Part shown: positions 1-9,179 of the stretch, in pieces
Position numbering within the stretch: the first letter of the stretch is position 1
Layout: every line of letters begins with the position of its first letter
Origin: an uncultured Candidatus Saccharibacteria bacterium
GTDB taxonomy: Bacteria > Patescibacteriota > Minisyncoccia > Phycocordibacterales > UBA918
Direction: 5' to 3'
NCBI GenBank assembly: GCA_964347215.1
Contig: CAYFXS010000004.1
Location: 1-32,531 of the forward strand
Length of the DNA stretch: 32,531 bases
Program-made: the position numbers and the translations under genes
The notes under the pieces: generated by a model
Told to the model about the DNA's origin: nothing
Databases searched by the model: none
Seen by the model: the letters and a program-made list of their open reading frames with translations, nothing else

Positions 1-198
1 ATCGGCCTTTTGCAACACTACTGAATCCCTGCTGTGCCGAACTAACTCAGACTGAACTGGTATATCCAAAACGTCACGGGTGCAACGTAAACTCAAAACA
101 TGATTACCATGCTTACGATTCAGAAAAAAACCCGGCGAAAGAATCAACTTACCCTCACGATTCGTCTTAAGGATGAAACAATTAACATCCTGATCCAT
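1..198 (-). CDS. hypothetical protein, N-terminal part only (runs off window edge)
   Basis: Not in the ORF track because no stop lies in the window. ATG at 198-196 sits 5 nt after an AAGGGAGG Shine-Dalgarno (rc of 204-211). Frame is open to position 1: MDQDVNCFILKTNREGKLILSPGFF... No family recognised. Confidence 0.4.
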   Translation of the reverse strand, partial: MDQDVNCFILKTNREGKLILSPGFFLNRKHGNHVLSLRCTRDVLDIPVQSELVRHSRDSVVLQKAD

Positions 199-280
199 GT
201 GGACCTCCCTTTAAAAAGCTCTGCCCCCAATGAGCATTAACGGTATCTAATCATAGTTAAAATAATACGCAAATTACTGG

Positions 281-309
281 TTGCATTTAGTAACGCAAAA
301 TGCTATCCT
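281..309 (+). promoter_or_regulatory. candidate sigma70-type promoter for rpsU
   Basis: TTGCAT (281-286), 17-nt spacer, TATCCT (304-309), about 12 nt before the rpsU ATG. This implies a very short leader. Confidence 0.3.
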
Positions 310-320
310 TGCGCCCACAT

Positions 321-566
321 ATGGCAACAAATGTCCAAGTAGAAAAGAATAATAACGAAAGTAGCGCCAACGTAATTCGTCGGTTTACTAAGCGTATGCA
401 GGGTTCAGGTATCATCCCACGCATGCGTAAAAATCGTTATTACGCTCGCACCAAGAGTGCTAACGTACGTAAGATGGCTCGTCTAAAAAAACTAGACAAG
501 AAAGCTGAGTACGAGAAAAACCTAAAACTCGGTATCATTCAAGAACGAGTTGGACGTCGTCGATAG
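321..566 (+). CDS. rpsU: 30S ribosomal protein S21
   Basis: MATNVQVEKNNNESSANVIRRFTKRMQGSGII...RKNRYYARTKS is a typical basic S21. I prefer the internal ATG at 321 to the track start at 300. A terminator follows. Confidence 0.9.
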   Translation: MATNVQVEKNNNESSANVIRRFTKRMQGSGIIPRMRKNRYYARTKSANVRKMARLKKLDKKAEYEKNLKLGIIQERVGRRR

Positions 567-571
567 ATGGC

Positions 572-610
572 AAAAAGAAAGAGGCGACCTTCGGTCGCCT
601 CTTTCTTTTT
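572..610 (+). terminator. rho-independent terminator after rpsU
   Basis: aaaaagaaagaggcgacc / ggtcgcctctttcttttt, an 18-bp stem with a small loop and a T-run. Confidence 0.8.
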
Positions 611-634
611 GCCTTAATCTGCTAAAATACACCC

Positions 635-1015
635 ATGTCAATCACCATTACAAGTAGCGCTCGAAAATATCCTAAAAAGCTTCCCTATCAAGATATAGCT
701 AACGCAATTCTAGGAGCCAAATATGACGTCTCACTGGTCTTTGTCGGAGCCAAAAGAGCATCTGACCTAAATAAAATTTACCGCAACAAAACCTACACCC
801 CAAACGTACTTTCGTTTGAACTAGACGAAACTCACGGCGAAGTCTTCATCGCGCCAGTAGTGGCCAAAAAAGAAGCGTCTAAATTCTCCCTCACCTATAC
901 TGGCTACATCGGCTATCTATTTATCCATGCCTGCCTGCACCTTAAAGGTCTACCACCCGGCGACGAGATGGATAAACTGGAACAAAAATACTTAAAGAAA
1001 TTTAACCTTAAATAG
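635..1015 (+). CDS. ybeY: rRNA maturation endoribonuclease YbeY-like
   Basis: Size, position after rpsU, and the C-terminal motif FIHACLHLKGLPPGD resemble the YbeY HxxxHxxGxxH metal site. The third His is not evident. Confidence 0.7.
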   Translation: MSITITSSARKYPKKLPYQDIANAILGAKYDVSLVFVGAKRASDLNKIYRNKTYTPNVLSFELDETHGEVFIAPVVAKKEASKFSLTYTGYIGYLFIHACLHLKGLPPGDEMDKLEQKYLKKFNLK

Positions 1016-1094
1016 CTCAATATCCCCACACTAGTACCTGACTCAGGTGATATACTATCTAATACTAGAATGTTTAGTTCTGGGCTTTTAACAC

Positions 1095-2263
1095 ATGAGC
1101 GATCGAATCATTACTGGAATTGACGTCGGCACCTATCAAGTTAAGGTGGTTATTGTGCGTATCCCTAAAAGCAAGAATGAGCAACGCTCCCTCAAATCAT
1201 TGGTACTGGTTACGCTGAAAGCCGAGGTTTGCGTAATGGCTACATCATTAACGAAACTGACGTAGTACGCAGCGTACGAAGTGCTGTGGCACAAGCTGAA
1301 AAAGCAGCCGGTGTAGAGGTAAAGAAAGCCTATGTAGCCATGGGCGGTATCGGTTTAGACGAAATCACTTCTCGCGGCGAAGTTATCACTTCACGCGCCG
1401 ACTCAGAAATTGGCCAAATCGACATTGATAAAGCAATGCAAGATAGTGAGGAACGGATCATGGAACATATTCCAAACCGCAAAGTCCTGCACGCTATCCC
1501 ATTAACCTACAAAGTAGATAACGAGCTAGTGCTCGGTAAACCACATGGCATGAAAGGCACTAAATTAGAAGTAGAGACGCTTTTTGTTAGTACTTTTGAA
1601 CAACACTTAAACGACTTAATCAGCGCCATCGAAAGCACTGGCATCATGGTGGAAGACATCATGGCTTCACCACTAGCTGCCAGCTTTGTCATGCTTAGCA
1701 AAGCTCAAAAACGGGCAGGTTGCGTACTGGCAAACATAGGAGCCGAAACAGTATCTATTGTTGTATTTGAAAACAGCACTCCTATCTCACTTAAGATTTT
1801 CCCGATTGGCTCAAACGACATAACTAACGACATTGCTTTAGGACTAAAGATTCCACTCGAAGAAGCGGAGAAAATTAAGCGTGGAGGTATGACTAGCACT
1901 AACTACTCAAAGAAAAAACTTGATGAAATTATCGCTGCTCGACTAACTGACATCTTCGAACTGATTGATGTTCATCTGAAAAAAATTAAACGTGATGGAT
2001 TACTGCCAGCTGGCGTCGTAATTACTGGTGGTGGATCTGGTGTAGCCAGCGTTCAAGACTTAGCCAAAGCCTCTCTACGTCTCCCCTCCCGAATTGCTAC
2101 CTTAGACCCCGGACAAAACGGTAAAATTCGTGACGCTTCTTGGGCTGTATCCTACGGATTGTGCATGTGGGGAGCTAGTGACAGCGGAGAAGATACTGGT
2201 ATTGGTCTAGCAAAGAAAACCGGTAACGACATCATGAGCTGGCTTAGTCAATTTCTTCCATAA
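1095..2263 (+). CDS. ftsA: cell division protein FtsA, reading frame interrupted near 1188-1192
   Basis: ATG at 1095 gives MSDRIITGIDVGTYQVKVVIVRIPKSKNEQRS, the actin-fold phosphate-1 motif. The rest (PQIIGTGYAESRGLRNGYIINETD... to 2263) continues in the -1 frame. The track ORF 1229-2263 starts at an artificial TTG. Confidence 0.85.
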
Positions 2264-2290
2264 GATAAAATATAATAACTAACAAACTGT

Positions 2291-2317
2291 AAAAGCTATG
2301 AATTTCATAGCTTTTTT
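2291..2317 (+). terminator. rho-independent terminator after ftsA
   Basis: aaaagctatgaa t ttcatagctttt followed by a T-run. Confidence 0.7.
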
Positions 2318-2466
2318 GCTGTATTTTTTCGATTCGTCAATCACATGAAACACAGTTATGTCAATATGGTGACAGTTAGCAATAACCCATGTATGATGTT
2401 CGTACTTTAAAAGTTTCCTAAGCCAAGGGATGGGATTAGGAGGTATTAACAGTCAGAAGACATTAT

Positions 2467-3732
2467 ATGGAACAGATTAAGACAGACGTAGAGAGCTTTG
2501 CACGAATTCGTGTTATCGGTGTCGGTGGTTCTGGAAACAACGCAGTGAACCACATGGTGGCCTCAAAAATTAAAGGGGTTGAATTTATCGCCATCAACAG
2601 TGACGCTCAGGATCTTCACCACTCTTTAGCCAAGAAGAAAATCCACATTGGTAAAAACCTAACTCGCGGCCTAGGGGCTGGTGGTAATCCCGACATGGGG
2701 CGACGTGCAGCCGAAGAAACTCGTGAGGAAATTGCTAACTCTCTAAAAGGTTCTGACATGATCTTCATTACTGGAGGTATGGGTGGCGGAACTGGTACTG
2801 GTGCAGCTCCTGTCGTAGCTAAAATTGCTCGTGAAAGTGGCGCTCTAACAGTAGGTGTTGTAACCAAACCTTTTCTTTTCGAAGGTCAGGAACGTATGCG
2901 TTTAGCTCTTCAAGGTATAGAGGAACTTAAGAAAGAAGTTGACGCTTTGATCACCATCCCTAATGATCGACTGCTAGCTATCGTAGACAAGGAAACTACT
3001 GTGAAGAATGCATTTGGAATGTGTGACGACATTCTGAAGCAAGCAGTTGAAGGTATCTCAGACCTAATTACTATGCCGGGTATCATCAACGTTGACTTCG
3101 CCGACATTCGTTCTGTTATGGAAAACGCTGGATCTGCCCTTATGGGTATTGGTATGGCCAACGGTGAGAAACGGGCGGAGGAAGCAGCTCGTGCTTCAAT
3201 CAACTCCCCTCTTCTTGAAGTATCAATCAATGGTGCGAAAGGCGTACTGTTTGCCATCGCTGGTGGTGATGACTTGGGAATGTTAGAAATCCAAGACGCA
3301 GCTCGTGTGATCACAGAATCAATTGACCCACACGCGAAGGTTATCTTTGGTGCCATCAAGGATGAGAAGATGAAGAAAAACGAAGTTAAGGTAACTGTTA
3401 TCGCTACTGGTTTTCCAGAAAGTGAACTGAGCAATCAGTCTTCAACCATTGTTCGTACTCCGGGACAAACTGAATCCAACCGCAAAGAAGACAACGACGA
3501 TGAGGACAACGGAAATCGTGGTCGCATCTTCAATTCTTTAAGTACTCCTCGCAAACGAGAGGAAGCTGATGAGTCTCCAGCACCAGCTGTAACAGAACCA
3601 GTAGTCGCGCAAGCTGCGCCAGTAAAGTCAGACATTAAAGCTGACCCACGACCAATTGACCCCGCTGACGAAGAGGACGACGAGGACTGGGGTGCAGTCC
3701 CAGCGTTTCTACGCCGATCAAAGCTTAAATAA
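2467..3732 (+). CDS. ftsZ: cell division GTPase FtsZ
   Basis: [13 protein letters not shown], tubulin signature [13 protein letters not shown], an acidic disordered linker, and the conserved C-terminal peptide [15 protein letters not shown]. Confidence 0.97.
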   Translation: MEQIKTDVESFARIRVIGVGGSGNNAVNHMVASKIKGVEFIAINSDAQDLHHSLAKKKIHIGKNLTRGLGAGGNPDMGRRAAEETREEIANSLKGSDMIFITGGMGGGTGTGAAPVVAKIARESGALTVGVVTKPFLFEGQERMRLALQGIEELKKEVDALITIPNDRLLAIVDKETTVKNAFGMCDDILKQAVEGISDLITMPGIINVDFADIRSVMENAGSALMGIGMANGEKRAEEAARASINSPLLEVSINGAKGVLFAIAGGDDLGMLEIQDAARVITESIDPHAKVIFGAIKDEKMKKNEVKVTVIATGFPESELSNQSSTIVRTPGQTESNRKEDNDDEDNGNRGRIFNSLSTPRKREEADESPAPAVTEPVVAQAAPVKSDIKADPRPIDPADEEDDEDWGAVPAFLRRSKLK

Positions 3733-3770
3733 GTTAACTATTCATTTTAAAACACAATCTTACTGATTTG

Positions 3771-3788
3771 GGGACTGCACCCCAGTCC
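3771..3788. repeat. 18-nt perfect inverted copy of ftsZ coding sequence 3684-3701
   Basis: gggactgcaccccagtcc is the reverse complement of ggactggggtgcagtccc (codons for DWGAVP). The potential stem encloses the ftsZ stop codon. Confidence 0.85.
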
Positions 3789-3803
3789 GTAGGAATGTGG
3801 GCT

Positions 3804-3825
3804 AAAAGGTGCTAAAGCACCTTTT
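3804..3825 (+). terminator. rho-independent terminator after ftsZ
   Basis: aaaaggtgc taaa gcacctttt. Confidence 0.65.
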
Positions 3826-3888
3826 AGTTGAGTGGAATACCAATCTAAACTAACAACAAACTTATCTTGCAGATAAATTAAATTAAAA

Positions 3889-3928
3889 CAGTCCCAGCGT
3901 TTCTACGTCGATCTAAACTTAAATAAGT
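3889..3928 (+). repeat. direct 40-nt copy of the ftsZ 3' end (3695-3734), non-coding relic
   Basis: cagtcccagcgtttctacgTcgatcTaaActtaaataagt versus cagtcccagcgtttctacgCcgatcAaaGcttaaataagt. It encodes the same [11 protein letters not shown]. An in-frame stop lies 3 codons upstream, so it is not an ORF. Confidence 0.85.
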
Positions 3929-3972
3929 GAAATACCTGTACGCTAACTGCGTATAAATTATGGATCAGTACC

Positions 3973-3997
3973 ATGGGGCCCGCTATGCGGGCCCCAT
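3973..3997. other. GC-rich hairpin
   Basis: atggggcccgc tat gcgggccccat, an 11-bp stem with no adjacent T-run. Confidence 0.5.
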
Positions 3998-4047
3998 GTG
4001 CAATCTAATTATGTTAAAATTACCCAGTTAAAAATAATATTTAATTC

Positions 4048-4971
4048 ATGTACGACCTAATCATCGTCGGCGGTGGCCCAGCTGGTACATCAGCCGGTGT
4101 CTATGCCTCACGAAAACAACTAAAGACTCTATTTGTCACCAATGATTGGGGTGGGCAAAGTATTGTTTCTCCAGATATCCAAAACTGGATTGGTACACCA
4201 TCTATCTCAGGTGACCAACTAGCTAAAAGCCTAGAGGAACATCTGCGCACCTACGCTGGAGACTTTGTTACTATCAAAGACAAAACAACTGTTGAATCAA
4301 TTGAAAAAAACGATGACTCTTTCATCGTGCATTTTTCAGGCGGAGAATCAGCTGAAACCAAAACCGTGCTGATTGCTACAGGTTCAGGTCGTCGTGAACT
4401 GTCAGTACCTGGTGCTGCTGAACTAAACCACAAAGGACTAACATACTGTGCAACTTGTGACGGACCACTATTTGCTGGCCGTGACGTTGTAGTAATCGGT
4501 GGAGGTAACGCTGGTTTTGAAACTGCTGCTCAGCTACTTGAATATACCAATAGTGTTACTCTTCTACACCGTGGTGAACAGTACAAAGCTGACCCAGTAA
4601 CTGTAGAAAAAGTCCTAAGTCACGAAAAAATGACTGGTGTCCTGAATGCACAGACCTTAGAAGTAATCGGCGAACAGTTTGTAACTGGACTAAAATACAG
4701 AATTGGTGATGATGGTGAAGAACAAACACTAGAAGTTGGGGGTGTATTCGTAGAAATTGGTATGGTGCCAAACACCCAAATGATCGCTGACTTAGTTGAA
4801 CTGGATGACTACAAACGCGTGAAAATCGACCCTTGGACACAACAAACTAATGTGCCTGGTATTTGGGCTGCAGGTGACTGTACAAACGTGCGCTACCACC
4901 AGAATAATATCTCAGCTGGTGATGCTGTAACTGCACTGGAAGATATATTCGTCCACCTCAAAACCAAGTAG
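4048..4971 (+). CDS. trxB: thioredoxin-disulfide reductase
   Basis: N-terminal FAD motif IIVGGGPAGTSAG, redox-active CATCDG, and a second dinucleotide motif VVIGGGNAGFE. Confidence 0.9.
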   Translation: MYDLIIVGGGPAGTSAGVYASRKQLKTLFVTNDWGGQSIVSPDIQNWIGTPSISGDQLAKSLEEHLRTYAGDFVTIKDKTTVESIEKNDDSFIVHFSGGESAETKTVLIATGSGRRELSVPGAAELNHKGLTYCATCDGPLFAGRDVVVIGGGNAGFETAAQLLEYTNSVTLLHRGEQYKADPVTVEKVLSHEKMTGVLNAQTLEVIGEQFVTGLKYRIGDDGEEQTLEVGGVFVEIGMVPNTQMIADLVELDDYKRVKIDPWTQQTNVPGIWAAGDCTNVRYHQNNISAGDAVTALEDIFVHLKTK

Positions 4972-5205
4972 TCCAAAATTATCCATCTACTTTGTTGAAC
5001 TACAAAAAATAACCCTCGCTGGAGCATTCGTCCCACTTGGGTTACTTTTCTTGTTCGCCTCGTACATAAATAATTTATGAACCACTTTTGTGGCAATAAC
5101 TTAACTCTCCATATCTAAAGCAAATTTAGAACCACTTCACTTGCTGCAAGTTTAAGATGAAGAAAATCTGGCTATTGTAAGACAGCTAAGATTATTCAAT
5201 CAAAG

Positions 5206-5235
5206 AAAAGACCGGCGCGTAAGCGCCGGTCTTTT
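5206..5235. terminator. bidirectional terminator hairpin
   Basis: aaaagaccggcgc gtaa gcgccggtctttt, with an A-run before and a T-run after. Confidence 0.7.
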
Positions 5236-5287
5236 CATACTTCTACCTTGATTCAAACACCACTTCAGATGAAGTCTGAATAGAAGA

Positions 5288-5336
5288 AAAGGCCGATTGT
5301 GCGATCAACCGAAGGTTGATCTCACAATCGGCCTTT
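5288..5336. other. long (about 22 bp) hairpin in a 620-bp non-coding gap
   Basis: aaaggccgattgtgCgatcaacc gaa ggttgatcTcacaatcggccttt, with one mismatch. Confidence 0.6.
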
Positions 5337-5591
5337 CCTGTACAACGTAGAGCTTAAGCCCGCTAGGTGCCTGTGCGTCGTAGCCTCGACGCATAGTATG
5401 TAGATTCACCACCACCAAACGAACTTAATATATATGTTATTACACCCAAAAATACCGTCAATAAGTAAATCTCACCTCCAAAAAAGCCTTATTTTTTCTC
5501 ATTTTGGGGAAAACTAGTGGATAAACCCCTGCATAACTTCAGGGATAACTCTGTGCGAAAGTGGGTGTAAAAGTCGACTTTTAGAAACTTA

Positions 5592-6038
5592 TTAAAAATC
5601 AGACAATTTAAACATTTTTCGTAGTGGTTCGCTCTGTAAAAATAGATCTAAATCATTCAACTCTTCTGGTGCAAAAAAACCTATCTCTTCAGCTTCTTCA
5701 CTTGGTTTAAAGTCAAAGTTTTCCATTTCAATCTGATAAGCCAATACTAAAGAGTAATACCAATCCATATCACGCCAGCCTTCAAATTTTGCAGTCCAAG
5801 TATAAGTAGGAGTTTTCGCTACACTGATTACATTTAAGCCCAGCTCTTCCTCCACTTCCCTTTCTAGACCCCCTCTAATCACTTCACCAAAATCAAGTCC
5901 ACCACCCGGCAGCTCCCACTGACCACTTAAACTCTCTGACTCTTTCACCAGCAATAATTTCCCGTCTACAACACATAGTCCCTTAACTGAAACACGATGG
6001 AAACAATCTGGAAAATTTTCTGAACTCAACTTATCCAT
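5592..6038 (-). CDS. NUDIX hydrolase
   Basis: Nudix box GGGLDFGEVIRGGLEREVEEELGL. I prefer the start at MDKLSS (6038), directly after the stop of the upstream VIT1 gene, to the track start at 6077. Confidence 0.85.
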   Translation of the reverse strand: MDKLSSENFPDCFHRVSVKGLCVVDGKLLLVKESESLSGQWELPGGGLDFGEVIRGGLEREVEEELGLNVISVAKTPTYTWTAKFEGWRDMDWYYSLVLAYQIEMENFDFKPSEEAEEIGFFAPEELNDLDLFLQSEPLRKMFKLSDF

Positions 6039-6039
6039 A

Positions 6040-6804
6040 CTACAAACTAAAGAATGAGCCAACATAAAACGCCACAATGGCAGCCACCCCTCCTATTAAC
6101 ACAACTTCAAAAAGAGACTTAGCGAGACCTGTACCAACTACTTTCCACTTTAGTAAGCCAAGCATCACTAAAGCGGCAAAAGTACCCATTACAGAATATT
6201 CAAACGCTGCCACTGGGGAACCTTCACCAGTAAGCATGAACGGCAACAGAGGGATGGCACCGAATAATAGAAATGAGACAAAAGTTGCCAACCCCGTTAG
6301 AAAAGGATTATCGCCGGTTGGATCAGGCATTTCCAGCTCGTGATTCATCATAAAATCAACCCAATATGTATCGTTCTTCTTGTATAAATCAGCCATCGTA
6401 ATTGCGTCCACCTCAGAGTAGCCCTTTTGCATCAAAATAGTAATCGTTTCCTGATATTCCAGTTCTGTGTTCTTCCTCACTTCAAACTCTTCCTTCTGAC
6501 GAGCTGATTTATATAAATCCTGATCCGACCGAACAGAGAGGAAGTTACCCAACCCCATCGATACACCGTCAGCAAATAAATTAGCTAAACCAAACAAAAG
6601 CACCACCATAAATGAAAGCTGAGTTGTGGCTTCATTACTTATAGCCGCCCCAGAAAATCCAGCCACCACCGCAAAAGTGGTAATGATCCCGTCTATACCG
6701 CCGTAGATTACTTCTTTAAAATAGTCCGCAAATGGTGATTGTTGATGTTCATGCTCTAAGTGTTCAGACAATACCCGATTACGATCCTCAATAGTGTTAT
6801 GCAT
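6040..6804 (-). CDS. VIT1/CCC1-family iron/manganese transporter
   Basis: GGIDGIITTFAVVAGFSGA, a central cytosolic helical domain, and C-terminal TM helices, as is typical of the VIT family. Confidence 0.8.
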   Translation of the reverse strand: MHNTIEDRNRVLSEHLEHEHQQSPFADYFKEVIYGGIDGIITTFAVVAGFSGAAISNEATTQLSFMVVLLFGLANLFADGVSMGLGNFLSVRSDQDLYKSARQKEEFEVRKNTELEYQETITILMQKGYSEVDAITMADLYKKNDTYWVDFMMNHELEMPDPTGDNPFLTGLATFVSFLLFGAIPLLPFMLTGEGSPVAAFEYSVMGTFAALVMLGLLKWKVVGTGLAKSLFEVVLIGGVAAIVAFYVGSFFSL

Positions 6805-6851
6805 TCTAAGTAGTATACCAAACCACTTTCTATATAGTTCCAGTTACTCAA

Positions 6852-7583
6852 CTAGCGATGCAGAACTTTATCAGTAACATCCTTCACTTTATCTGTGAGG
6901 TCATGCGTCTTTTCAGAAGCCTTATCCTTTATCTCATGACTCTTATCTAAAGCGTTCAAGCCGTAGGCTGCACTAACGTCGGCATTCATCTTCCAGCGTA
7001 GCAAAGTACCTTTTATAAAGCCGTACTTTTTTTCTTTTAAAGTCTGGTAGTAAGAGAACTTTTTGTAACCCCAACGGTTACCCTCTAAACTAGCCACGTG
7101 ATTGAGTCCTGCCTCAATCCGGAAGCCTTGCTTGTATTCTGCTGGTACCTGCTCCCAAATTGAGCGCGTCATAGCTCGCTCACCAGAATTAATCGCGAAC
7201 AGTTTAACCACTTTTTGCATGACGTTGTTCCTGATACCAATATACATATCGTAATCACCTTGCAGCACCGGATCGATAATTGCTGTAGCAATCTCAGGAG
7301 AAAAATCTCGTAAGTCGGCATCACAGAAGAAAATTATCTCCGCTTTTGCATGATCAACCCCTTTCTGCATGCTATATGCTTTGCCATGATTGGTGCCATT
7401 TAATAAAAGTTTTACCTCTCCATACTGACTAACCACCTCACAGGTATTATCACTTGAACCATCATCAACCACTATTATTTCATCAATAATTTCAGTCTTA
7501 ACCAGCACATCTAAAACCCGAGTGATGTTTTCAGACTCGTTATAAGCTGGAACAATTGCTGCCACTGTCTGACTATTTTTCAT
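6852..7583 (-). CDS. family 2 glycosyltransferase
   Basis: AAIVPAYNESENI, VVDDGSSDNT and FFCDADL motifs (GT-A fold, DxD). Confidence 0.8.
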   Translation of the reverse strand: MKNSQTVAAIVPAYNESENITRVLDVLVKTEIIDEIIVVDDGSSDNTCEVVSQYGEVKLLLNGTNHGKAYSMQKGVDHAKAEIIFFCDADLRDFSPEIATAIIDPVLQGDYDMYIGIRNNVMQKVVKLFAINSGERAMTRSIWEQVPAEYKQGFRIEAGLNHVASLEGNRWGYKKFSYYQTLKEKKYGFIKGTLLRWKMNADVSAAYGLNALDKSHEIKDKASEKTHDLTDKVKDVTDKVLHR

Positions 7584-7837
7584 AAGCTGTTTATATTTTC
7601 ACTATAGCAAAAACCTTGAATATGCCAAGTAGAAATTACATTTGACTAATCGTCAAGTTGTTAGGATTAATAAGAGGCATATACTAAATATAACTATGCA
7701 TACTTTAAGACAGTAGAGGAATCTACTACGTATGCCACTTACTCGTCAGACTATTCAGAAAGGCACAAACCTATTTCCTGGGGTCGACTATTGTTATTTG
7801 CATAGCCTTATTAGCTAAGTAAGTTCCAAAAATTAAT

Positions 7838-8494
7838 ATGCACTTTACTAACCGAACCGATGCCGGTCTCCGGTTAGCGAAAGCTCTTTTGTTGTACAAA
7901 GGTAGTAACGCAGTAGTTTATGCTCTACCTCGTAGCGGTGTACCTATTGGCATCACTATTGCTGAAGAACTGCAACTCCCTTTTGACTTGGTAGTAGCCA
8001 GCCGTATCACCAACCCTGACGTACCTAACCGTTCTATTGGTGCGATCACTAACACTGGTGACATTGTCTATGATGAAAAAAAGATGAACAGAATCGATGC
8101 AAACTGGCTGAACTGGTCAGTACTATTCGCGCAGAGAGATGTCGAGAGAAAAAAACATCTCACTGACGGTCGAGTACACATTTCACCTCGCCACCGCACA
8201 GCCATTATAGTTGATAGCGGTGCTGCTAGCGGCATGGCAATGCGTGCAGTACTTCGCACTATCAGAGCTGAGCAACCCTACAAAATTATTGTTGCGTTAC
8301 CAGTAGCCGATCACGAAGCAATTAAAATGCTCCGTCACAAAGCTGACATCATCATCACACTTGATGACCAAGACCTATCCAACAAATCAGTTGCCAGCTT
8401 CTATGACCACTTTCGTCGTCTCACTGACCAAGAGGTCTCCCACATGATCAAACAACATGATGCTTTCGCACGAATCACCGGCAGTCAAACCTAA
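7838..8494 (+). CDS. predicted phosphoribosyltransferase (COG1926-like)
   Basis: FTNRTDAGLRLA...VVYALPRSGVPIG and the PRPP-loop-like TAIIVDSGAASGMAMRA. Confidence 0.7.
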   Translation: MHFTNRTDAGLRLAKALLLYKGSNAVVYALPRSGVPIGITIAEELQLPFDLVVASRITNPDVPNRSIGAITNTGDIVYDEKKMNRIDANWLNWSVLFAQRDVERKKHLTDGRVHISPRHRTAIIVDSGAASGMAMRAVLRTIRAEQPYKIIVALPVADHEAIKMLRHKADIIITLDDQDLSNKSVASFYDHFRRLTDQEVSHMIKQHDAFARITGSQT

Positions 8495-8606
8495 AATAAT
8501 TTTCACTATAAAGACTAGGCTTGAATTCATACCTAAGTGGTTTTAATGCTGCCAAATTTTGACCTTTCGATATAAACAAAGACCCGTGTAAACACGAGTC
8601 AGTTTC

Positions 8607-8640
8607 CCGACGCGCGCCCAAGGGGCGCGCGTCGGTTTTT
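8607..8640 (+). terminator. very GC-rich hairpin plus T-run
   Basis: ccgacgcgcgcc caagg ggcgcgcgtcgg ttttt. Confidence 0.6.
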
Positions 8641-8657
8641 ATTGCCCCCTCCCCACT

Positions 8658-9179
8658 TTAAGCAGCTCGGGCCATTTGGGTACAGGCGGCATTCAGCTTT
8701 TTCCAGACCTCCAAGAACTGCAGGCGAATACCACACAGCGTGGCAATTTCAGACGCGTTTTGAACCCCCATCCTTCCGAGCTTATGAGCCAGCCAGAGGC
8801 TGCCGATCGTATCACGCTGCCAAGTGAAACCCGAGATCGAAACCCGATCATCAGCCATGGTGCGGATGGCACCTGGATATGGTTTTTGGGAGATGTCACC
8901 CTGATGCACTTCCCAACTGGCCAGCAGATTTTCATCTGCTTCAAGTGCGTCATTTTTAGCGGTAGCATTTTCTTCATAGGACAGAAACTTGTCCTCAGGA
9001 GCTTCGCCGGAACGACAATGCAGCAAAACTTCATTGAAGGTGCTACGCAGATCAAGCACTGCCCCAGCCCGACCATCTTCATCGGCGTGCTCCTCGGTCA
9101 TCACCGGCACAACAACCGTTGCAAAGAGACGTTCAGCTTCAATAATCTGCTCTGGTGTCAGAGCTTCAAAATCTAACAT
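8658..9179 (-). CDS. hypothetical protein with C-terminal helix-turn-helix-like region, compositionally foreign
   Basis: SD AGGAAGGA lies 7 nt before the ATG. The region is visibly GC-richer than its flanks, and four shadow ORFs overlap it. The C-terminus SLWLAHKLGRMGVQNASEIATLCGIRLQFLEVW looks like a sigma-r4/LuxR-type HTH. Confidence 0.6.
   Translation of the reverse strand: MLDFEALTPEQIIEAERLFATVVVPVMTEEHADEDGRAGAVLDLRSTFNEVLLHCRSGEAPEDKFLSYEENATAKNDALEADENLLASWEVHQGDISQKPYPGAIRTMADDRVSISGFTWQRDTIGSLWLAHKLGRMGVQNASEIATLCGIRLQFLEVWKKLNAACTQMARAA

Noticed and set aside
2616-3635. Antisense or alternate-frame ORFs inside ftsZ (2616-2867, 2910-3434, 3092-3286, 3435-3635), and likewise inside ftsA (1507-1899).
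   Set aside because: These are shadow ORFs opposite strongly supported genes. Their translations are low-complexity, Ser/Pro/Ala-rich junk with no start context.
3929-4000. Possible third nested-hairpin element after the ftsZ tail duplicate (rc tacgcagtt near 3948-3956, followed by the 3973-3997 hairpin).
   Set aside because: Only a 7-mer (acgcagt) is shared, and there is no ATACAAG-type block or outer stem.
7907-7918. aacgcagtagtt inside the phosphoribosyltransferase gene matches the 3' junction motif of the nested-hairpin elements. The preceding gtacaaaggtagtaa resembles a collapsed element.
   Set aside because: It lies in a conserved coding stretch (YKGSNAVVYALPRSG) typical of this protein family, and there are no flanking stems. 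Most likely chance, though worth a glance if more element copies are found.
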